A program made the position numbers and the translations under genes. This document shows, in pieces, positions 49,749 to 64,000 of a DNA stretch of 64,000 nucleotides (position 1 is the stretch's first letter; every line of letters starts with the position of its first letter). The notes beneath the pieces were generated by a model, which saw only the letters and a program-made list of their open reading frames with translations, was not told the DNA's origin and did no database searches. The stretch spans positions 775,462 to 839,461 of the forward strand of contig OZ241982.1 in assembly GCA_965204335.1 (NCBI GenBank), read 5' to 3'. Origin of the DNA: Dehalococcoidia bacterium (GTDB lineage: Bacteria; Chloroflexota; Dehalococcoidia; Bin125).

Positions 49749-49791
49749 TTCAGTCCCCTCTCCTTCCGGGAGAGGGCTAGGGTGAGGGTCC
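49749..49791. repeat. Module C repeat in the 40-nt convergent gap. It overlaps the valS stop codon and last four codons.
   Basis: tttcagtcccctctccttccgggagagggctagggtgagggtccc. The valS C-terminal GPSP plus TAG stop are read from ggtgagggtccc on the minus strand. Confidence 0.85.
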
Positions 49792-52566
49792 CAACGCGCC
49801 GATACGCGATTCGATGTCGGCCTGCTGACGCTGGAGGTCGGCGGCGAGTTCTTCCGCCTGCTTGACGACCTCGGCCGGCGCCTTCGAGCGGAAGCCTTCG
49901 TTGGCCAGCTTCGCCTCCGCACCCCTCAGCCGCTTGAGGATGCCTTCGAGGTCCTTGTTCAGCCGGGCTCGCTCCTGCTCCAGATCGATCAGGCCGCCCA
50001 ACGGCAGGATGACTTCTGCGGCGGGCAGCACGGCAGACGCGATCTGGTCGGTGGGAGCCTGGGCTCGCTCAGCAACGATGGTCAGCGGTCGCGCACGGGA
50101 CAACACCTCGACGATCGGAGCCGACGCGCTCACGGCCTGAGCCACGTCCGCCTGCGGCAACACAAACGCTTCCGCCCACTGACCAGCCTGCACGCGGTAG
50201 TCGGCCCGAACCTGGCGGACTGCGGTAACGATCCCCTGCACAGCCGCGAACGCCTCCTCGGCCTCCAAGTCGCGTGAGGCGTCGCCAGGTTGCGGGAAGC
50301 GAGCTCCGATCAGCGCAGTGGCGTCGGCCGCCTCGCCGAGGTGAGGCCGAAGCTGCTGCCAGATCGCCTCGGTCACGAACGGCATCCACGGGTGCAGCAG
50401 ACGCAGCCCATCGTCGAGCACCTTGGTCAACACCGGCAGCGGCGTGAGATCTCCGTTGCGCAGGCGAACCTTGCTCGCCTCGACGTACCAGTCGAAGAAC
50501 TCGCCCCAGAGGAAGTCCTGGATCTGCCGGCCGGCCTCGCCGAGTTGGAACTGCCGCAGCAGTTCATCGACCGAGTCGGTCACCGCCTGCAGCCGCGAGA
50601 GGATCCAGCGATCCTCCAGCGCGGAGCCCCCCTCTGCCTGCGGCATCTCCCCCCGCGAAGCGGGGGGAGCAGGAGCCTGGGCATCGGCAATCTCGCCCAG
50701 CACGAACTTGGCGCCGTTCCAGAGCTTGTTGGCGAAGTTGCGCGAGCCTTCCAGCCGCTCGTCCGTCAGCCGCATGTCGTTGCCTGGCGTCGACCCCGTC
50801 GCCAACGTGAAGCGCAGGGCGTCCATCCCGTACTGGTCGGCCTTTTCCAGTGGGTCGATCACGTTGTCGAGCGACTTCGACATCTTGCGGCCCTGCGCGT
50901 CTCGGACCAGACCGTGCAGGTAGACCGTGTGGAACGGGGCCGAACCCATGTTGTAGCAGCCCAGCATGATCATCCGCGCGACCCAGAAGAAGAGGATGTC
51001 GTAGCCGGTTTCCATCACCGACGACGGGTAGAACCGCGCCAGGTCCTCCGAGTCGGCGTCGGGCCAGCCCAGCGTCGAGTGCGTCCACAGGCCCGACGAG
51101 AACCACGTGTCCAGCACATCCGGGTCCCGGACGAAGTCGGCGTCGTCGCACCACGGGCACTCGGTCGGGTCGGTCATCGCAACAATCGGGCGGGCGCCTT
51201 CGTCGATCGTGATCTGGCCGTCGTCCCCGGTGATGATCGCGTCCCCGTCGCAGCAGCGGCAGTACCAGGCCGGAATCCGGTGTCCCCACCAGAGCTGCCG
51301 CGAGATGCACCATGGCCGGATGTTGTCCATCCACTGCAAGTAGACGTTCTTCGAGCGTTCGGGAACGATCCGGACCTCGTCCTCGCGCACGACCCGCGCC
51401 GCTTCGGCCGCCATCTCGTCGGTGTCGACGAACCACTGGTTCGACACCAGCGGCTCGACCACTACGCCGGAGCGCTGCGAGTGCCCGACGTTGTGGATGT
51501 GCGTCTCGGTCTCGACCAGGTAGCCGTCCTCCTCCAGGTGCTGAGCGACCAGTTCCCGCGCCTCGTCCCGATCCATGCCCGCGTAGAGACCCGCCTCCGC
51601 CGTCAGCGTGCCGTCCCAGTCGACCACGCGGATCGGCTCCAGCCCGTGCCGTTCGCCGATCTCGAAGTCGAGCTGGTCGTGACCGGGCGTGATCTTCAGC
51701 GCGCCGGTGCCGAACTCCAGGTCGACGCCCGAGTCGGCGATCAGCGGAATCAGCCGGTCGAAGCCCCGCAGCGGCAGCCGAACCCGACGGCCCAGGTGCG
51801 GCTGCCAGCGTTCGTCGTCGGGATGGACGGCGATAGCGACATCTGCCGGAATCGTTTCGGGCCGCGTCGTGGCGATCACCACCCCGTCGTCCAGCTCGTT
51901 GCCGCGCTCGTCGACGAACGGGTAGCGCACATGCCAGAGCTTGCCTTCTTCCTCCTCGTACTCGACTTCCACGTCGGACAGCGCGGTCAGCATCTGCGGG
52001 TCCCAGTTGATGATCCGAGCACCGCGGTAAATCTTGCCGTCCTGGAACAGGTCGACGAACGTCTTGCGGACAGCGTCGCGCGGCGTCGGATCGAGCGTGA
52101 ACGCCGTGCGCTCCCAGTCGCAGGACGCACCCATCCGCCGCGCCTGCGAGGTGATCCGAGGTCGGGTCACCCCGACCCACTCCCAGACACGCTCCTCGAA
52201 CGCCTCGCGGCCAAGGTCGTGACGGGTCATCCCTTCGCGCGCGAGCTGCTGCTCGACCACGCTCTGCGTCGCAATCCCGGCGTGGTCCAGGCCAGGCAGC
52301 CACAGCGTCGGCTCACCGAGCATTCGGTGCCAGCGGATCAGGGCGTCCTCGATCGTCAGCGTGACCGCATGGCCCAGGTGCAGCACGCCGGTGACGTTGG
52401 GCGGCGGCATGATCACCGTGAACGGTTCCCGGTCCCCGTCCGACTCGGCCGGACGGAACCAGCCGTTGTCCTCCCAGAACGCATAGATCGGATCCTCGAC
52501 GATCGAGGCGTCGTACGCGCCGGTCAGATCGCTCAGGATTGAGAGGTCGAACGCTGTGCTGGTCAC
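49777..52566 (-). CDS. valS: Valyl-tRNA synthetase, containing an in-frame copy of the module B repeat
   Basis: HIGH motif (PPPNVTGVLHLGHA), KMSKS motif, editing domain, anticodon-binding DRWILSRL. Residues ...APPASRGEMPQAEGGSALE are encoded by the repeat at 50620..50666. Confidence 0.9.
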   Translation of the reverse strand: MTSTAFDLSILSDLTGAYDASIVEDPIYAFWEDNGWFRPAESDGDREPFTVIMPPPNVTGVLHLGHAVTLTIEDALIRWHRMLGEPTLWLPGLDHAGIATQSVVEQQLAREGMTRHDLGREAFEERVWEWVGVTRPRITSQARRMGASCDWERTAFTLDPTPRDAVRKTFVDLFQDGKIYRGARIINWDPQMLTALSDVEVEYEEEEGKLWHVRYPFVDERGNELDDGVVIATTRPETIPADVAIAVHPDDERWQPHLGRRVRLPLRGFDRLIPLIADSGVDLEFGTGALKITPGHDQLDFEIGERHGLEPIRVVDWDGTLTAEAGLYAGMDRDEARELVAQHLEEDGYLVETETHIHNVGHSQRSGVVVEPLVSNQWFVDTDEMAAEAARVVREDEVRIVPERSKNVYLQWMDNIRPWCISRQLWWGHRIPAWYCRCCDGDAIITGDDGQITIDEGARPIVAMTDPTECPWCDDADFVRDPDVLDTWFSSGLWTHSTLGWPDADSEDLARFYPSSVMETGYDILFFWVARMIMLGCYNMGSAPFHTVYLHGLVRDAQGRKMSKSLDNVIDPLEKADQYGMDALRFTLATGSTPGNDMRLTDERLEGSRNFANKLWNGAKFVLGEIADAQAPAPPASRGEMPQAEGGSALEDRWILSRLQAVTDSVDELLRQFQLGEAGRQIQDFLWGEFFDWYVEASKVRLRNGDLTPLPVLTKVLDDGLRLLHPWMPFVTEAIWQQLRPHLGEAADATALIGARFPQPGDASRDLEAEEAFAAVQGIVTAVRQVRADYRVQAGQWAEAFVLPQADVAQAVSASAPIVEVLSRARPLTIVAERAQAPTDQIASAVLPAAEVILPLGGLIDLEQERARLNKDLEGILKRLRGAEAKLANEGFRSKAPAEVVKQAEELAADLQRQQADIESRIGALGPSP

Positions 52567-52654
52567 AGTTGAACTCCGCTTGATGCTCTGAAGGTCGTGT
52601 GGCTCGGGTGAACTGATTTCGGGTCCGGCGCGTTCGCTCCACGGCGCGCCGAAC

Positions 52655-53551
52655 CTAACCTACAGCGACCAGTACGCCGTCTATCACGTCTGCGTCGTCT
52701 GCCTGCCGCTCGGACTCCGCACCGCGGCGCCGCCGCCGACGTTGCTTGGCCGCTTCGAGCTCGTACAGCATTTCCAGACCTTGCCGCGTGTCCGACGCGA
52801 CCCGCGCCGGATCCTGGCGCTCGATGCGGCGGCGGAAGAGCCAGTAGGTGAAGGCCTGCCACTCGGCGTGCTCGATCCGCTCCGGATCAGCGTCGTGGCG
52901 CTGGCTGGCCGCCCGGAACTCGCGCAGCAGGTCCGGCTGCCGGGCCCCGTAGATGCGGCCGAAGACGTCGCCGTCCAGTTCGTCGCGAGCGTGAGAGAAG
53001 GAGAGGCCGTTGCGCTCCTTCAGCAGGATGCGCTCCATCGCCAGGTGCAGCGCCTGCTCAACCCGCACCCCGTAGAGGAAGTTGAGGTGAGCCCAGTACT
53101 TCGCCGTACCCAACCGCTCCTGGAACTCCGCCTCGCTCAACACGACCGGCGGCAATTCGTCGACCAGCAGCGCTTCAACCTCTCGCAGCGGTAGCAGACC
53201 CGGAGGGGCTGAGTCGCAGATTCGTTCCGCCAGCAGCAGCCAGTCGAACGCTTCATGCTCAATCAGGTAGACGTACTCGCGGCCGTCGATGGTCTCGCGA
53301 GGAGTTTCCCAGTCGCGGATGCAGTCGAGCAGGGCATCGAACCAGGCCGTGCCCGCCTGCAGTTGGGCGTAGAAGGCGGCCAGCAGAGCGTCGGGACCCA
53401 GTTCCATCAACTCGCCGTTGATGATGTGCTCGTCCGGTCCGTGGTCGGGCGCGAAGCCGGTCTCGACGGGGCCGTCCCGATCGGCCCCGCTAGCACCGAC
53501 GAAGTGCGGAAAGGGAATGTCGCCAGCCTGCTCGGCCGTTGCATCCGCCAT
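52655..53551 (-). CDS. Hypothetical acidic protein immediately downstream of secA
   Basis: About 298 aa. Starts MADATAEQ 2 nt after the secA stop. No recognised family. Confidence 0.55.
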   Translation of the reverse strand: MADATAEQAGDIPFPHFVGASGADRDGPVETGFAPDHGPDEHIINGELMELGPDALLAAFYAQLQAGTAWFDALLDCIRDWETPRETIDGREYVYLIEHEAFDWLLLAERICDSAPPGLLPLREVEALLVDELPPVVLSEAEFQERLGTAKYWAHLNFLYGVRVEQALHLAMERILLKERNGLSFSHARDELDGDVFGRIYGARQPDLLREFRAASQRHDADPERIEHAEWQAFTYWLFRRRIERQDPARVASDTRQGLEMLYELEAAKQRRRRRRGAESERQADDADVIDGVLVAVG

Positions 53552-53553
53552 GC

Positions 53554-56280
<2,727 letters not shown>

Positions 56281-56421
56281 CCAGCCGTCCCCAATCCAAT
56301 CAGCCCCGCATCAGGGCATACATATCCAGTGTAGCCGCGACAGAGATGCCCGTGAATCGCCTCAGCCGCAAGCCACCCGGTTGCGCTGCCCAGTTCCGCT
56401 TCACAGCCCCGCCAGGTTCCC

Positions 56422-57369
56422 CTACGTAAACAGCGCCCCCACCGAATCCCCCTCGTGGATCCGACGAATCGCCTCACCCAGCAGCGGCGCGATCGACACC
56501 ACCTCCAGCCCGCAGCTCGACCCGTTCGACTTCGGCGGCAGCGTGTCCGTCACCGCCACCTTGCTGATCGGGCTCGCGTCCAGCCGCTCCAACGCCGGAT
56601 CCGACAGCACGCCGTGCGTCGCGGCCCCGAAGACCCGCTGCGCGCCCTCCCGCCGCAGCAACTCCGCCACCTGCACCAGCGTTCCGGCTGTGTCGATCTC
56701 GTCATCAATGATCAATACGTCGCGGCCTGCGACCTCGCCGATCAATTGCATCACCTCGGACTGATCCTCGTTGCCGCTGCGGCGTTTCTCCGAGATCGCC
56801 AACGGCATGTGCAGCCGGTCCGCCGCCGCCCGCGCCCGCTTGGCCGAGCCCAGGTCCGGCGCCACCACCACGCCGTTGAACTCCTGCTCGGCGAAGTGGT
56901 CGATCAGCAGCATCTGACCGGTCAGCTCATCGGTCGGAATGTGGAAGAAGCCCTGGATCTGCCCCGCGTGCAGGTCCATCGTCAGCATCCGGTCGGCGCC
57001 CGCCGTCTGAATCAGGTCGGCAAACAATCGCGCCGTGATCGGCACGCGCGGCTGATCCTTCTTGTCCGAGCGTCCGTAGGCGAAGTACGGCACCACCGCC
57101 GTGATCCGTCCGGCCGAGGCGCGCCGTGCGGCGTCGATCATGATCAGCAGTTCGACCAGGTGGTGGTTGACCGGCTTCGCCCCCGGCTGGATCAGGAAGA
57201 CGTCGCGTTCGCGGATGTTCTCCAGGAACTGGACGAACGTGTTGCCGTTGGCGAAGTCGAAGACGTTGGCGCAGCCCAGCTCCACATCCAGCGCCGAGCA
57301 CACATCCTGCGCCAACTGAGGATGCGCATTACCCGTGAACACCGCCGGATCGCCGACATACCGACTCAT
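56422..57369 (-). CDS. prs: Ribose-phosphate pyrophosphokinase
   Basis: PRPP synthase signature (...DLHAGQIQGFF...; PRTase motif VLIIDDEIDTAGT). Confidence 0.9.
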   Translation of the reverse strand: MSRYVGDPAVFTGNAHPQLAQDVCSALDVELGCANVFDFANGNTFVQFLENIRERDVFLIQPGAKPVNHHLVELLIMIDAARRASAGRITAVVPYFAYGRSDKKDQPRVPITARLFADLIQTAGADRMLTMDLHAGQIQGFFHIPTDELTGQMLLIDHFAEQEFNGVVVAPDLGSAKRARAAADRLHMPLAISEKRRSGNEDQSEVMQLIGEVAGRDVLIIDDEIDTAGTLVQVAELLRREGAQRVFGAATHGVLSDPALERLDASPISKVAVTDTLPPKSNGSSCGLEVVSIAPLLGEAIRRIHEGDSVGALFT

Positions 57370-57490
57370 CGCAATGCACTCCCCGCCGGCGGCGTAACTT
57401 GGCTCACGCCGTCAAGTTATCTCACGCCTCCAAAACGCACAGCCCTCGTCGCCGGTTGTCAAGGCTATACACCAACACCCGGTGGACACA

Positions 57491-57565
57491 CCCTCTCTCC
57501 CCTCCCTTCCCCTCTCCCCCCGCTTCCAGCGGGGGGAGATGCCGCAGGCAGAGGGGGGCTCCCAA
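57491..57565. repeat. Module B interspersed repeat between prs and a small hypothetical gene
   Basis: ccctctctcccctcccttcccctctccccccgcttccagcggggggagatgccgcaggcagaggggggctccc. Confidence 0.85.
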
Positions 57566-57643
57566 ACCTCCGCATGTCCCTATTCAACATCAGAACCTGA
57601 TAAATTCAGAACATACATACTCCACGAGACAAGGAACACCCCG

Positions 57644-57964
57644 ATGCCCAATCCCTACCATTTCCGCGCCAGGATCGACCGACTCTGGCGGCGCGCCAAC
57701 GCCCCCGGCCCCGGCTACAAGCAACTCAACGCCCTCGACGCCGTCGTCCGGGAACTGTTCGCCCCGAACGAGCGAGCCCGCCGCAACTATCAGCTCTACC
57801 TCGCCACCGACCCCTACGACGTCGCCCGCCACCTCCTCCGAGACCTCTACGACCGCACCTCCCCTTCCCCCTCTCCCCCCGCGCCTATTCAAGTCGCCCC
57901 CGCGCAGGCGGGGGCCGCACCGACTGAGGATGACCCGCTCGACGAAGACGACGACCCCTGGTAA
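57644..57964 (+). CDS. Small hypothetical protein with a repeat-derived Pro/Ala-rich acidic C-terminus
   Basis: 106 aa. AT-richer promoter-like region upstream. Residues SPSPSPPAPIQVAPAQAGAAP are encoded by module B-like sequence ccccttccccctctccccccgcgcc...cccccgcgcaggcggggg. Confidence 0.5.
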   Translation: MPNPYHFRARIDRLWRRANAPGPGYKQLNALDAVVRELFAPNERARRNYQLYLATDPYDVARHLLRDLYDRTSPSPSPPAPIQVAPAQAGAAPTEDDPLDEDDDPW

Positions 57965-58035
57965 CCGCCAACCTCCTCCCAGGTCCCCGCTCGTTTTTTC
58001 TCTCAGCGGATCACCCGCCTCCGGCCCCGCCGTGC

Positions 58036-58120
58036 CTGCCCCGCACGACAATGCGCCTCCCCCTTCCCCTCTCCCCCCGCCTGCGGCGGGGGGAGAGGTC
58101 ACGTAGAGACAGAGGGGGGC
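58036..58120. repeat. Degenerate module A plus module B plus tail repeat upstream of groES
   Basis: cctgccccgcacgacaatgcg...ctccccccgcctgcggcggggggagaggtcacgtagagacagaggggggc. Confidence 0.8.
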
Positions 58121-58239
58121 ACGCCGAGAGGCAGCTCCCCCCAACCTGATAGCGCGGCTCCCTCAGTTCAGTGGATTACGCAACGACGGCATGGCAGCGT
58201 CATCGCGACGTAATGACCGCTTCGGTTACTCCCGCTTGC

Positions 58240-58268
58240 TTGCGACACTGGTGATCGTTGCTTACGAT
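58240..58268 (+). promoter_or_regulatory. Sigma-70-like promoter of groESL
   Basis: -35 TTGCGA, 17-nt spacer, -10 TACGAT. Located 8 nt upstream of the CIRCE element. Confidence 0.6.
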
Positions 58269-58275
58269 GCAGTCG

Positions 58276-58302
58276 TTAGCACTCGCAGGCTGCGAGTGCC
58301 AA
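58276..58302 (+). promoter_or_regulatory. CIRCE operator (HrcA binding site)
   Basis: TTAGCACTC-gcaggctgc-GAGTGCCAA. One mismatch to the consensus TTAGCACTC-N9-GAGTGCTAA. Confidence 0.85.
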
Positions 58303-58360
58303 CGCCCAACTGCGAGCAACCAGCGAGACAGCATCACAGCAGAGATTGGAACTCAGCACT

Positions 58361-60372
<2,012 letters not shown>

Positions 60373-60399
60373 GTCCGACCGCTCTCAAGAGCAAACAAC

Positions 60400-60426
60400 G
60401 GCCCCCGACGCTGAGCGTCGGGGGCC
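60400..60426. terminator. Bidirectional hairpin terminator between convergent groEL and rpoC
   Basis: ggcccccgacg-ctgag-cgtcgggggcc, a perfect 11-bp stem. Confidence 0.7.
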
Positions 60427-60454
60427 TCTGTTGATCTCCTCGAGCGGGTGAATC

Positions 60455-64000
<3,546 letters not shown>

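Noticed and set aside
52567-52654. T-box leader upstream of valS
   Set aside because: Only about 88 nt are available and there is no T-box consensus (AATTAGAGTGGTACCGCG-like) sequence.

Overview
This is a high-GC (about 68-70%) bacterial chromosomal window made almost entirely of core housekeeping genes. It has Gram-positive/Terrabacteria-style gene order and is probably origin-proximal.

Reading along the window: yacL-ispDF-cysE-cysS on the minus strand, then a small accessory islet at 5.2-6.9 kb, then a TIGR03960-type radical SAM protein, DinB, an M16 peptidase, an MBL hydrolase, lysA, holB and a PSP1/RicT homologue. Next come spo0J/parB-soj/parA-jag-yidC, a PQQ-repeat lipoprotein, yidD-rnpA-rpmH, a TPR lytic transglycosylase and alr. 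After that: a CopC-like protein, DoxX-MMPL, an S1 protease, a GYD protein, tRNA-Thr(CGU), an atypical OmpR-type regulator upstream of tandem glnA1/glnA2, and a 10-gene nuoABCDHJKLMN operon with no nuoEFG and no nuoI. The window ends with GNAT, CaiB-type CoA-transferase, an SIS protein, valS, secA, prs, CIRCE-controlled groES-groEL and a 5'-truncated rpoC running off the right edge.

I see no defence island, prophage, CRISPR array or biosynthetic cluster. The most unusual signal is a mosaic family of GC-rich hairpin-forming interspersed repeats (modules A, B and C) at 12 or more loci in 64 kb:
- Module C carries a perfect G3N3G3N3G3N3G3 G-quadruplex motif.
- One module B copy lies in frame inside the valS coding sequence.
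- Several copies supply 3' codons or stop codons of genes, or disrupt a retropepsin-like gene.

Other notable sites are a perfect parS centromere site (TGTTTCACGTGAAACA), a sigma70-like promoter plus CIRCE upstream of groES, tandem hairpin terminators, and a translationally coupled DUF5678-like plus retropepsin-like gene pair.
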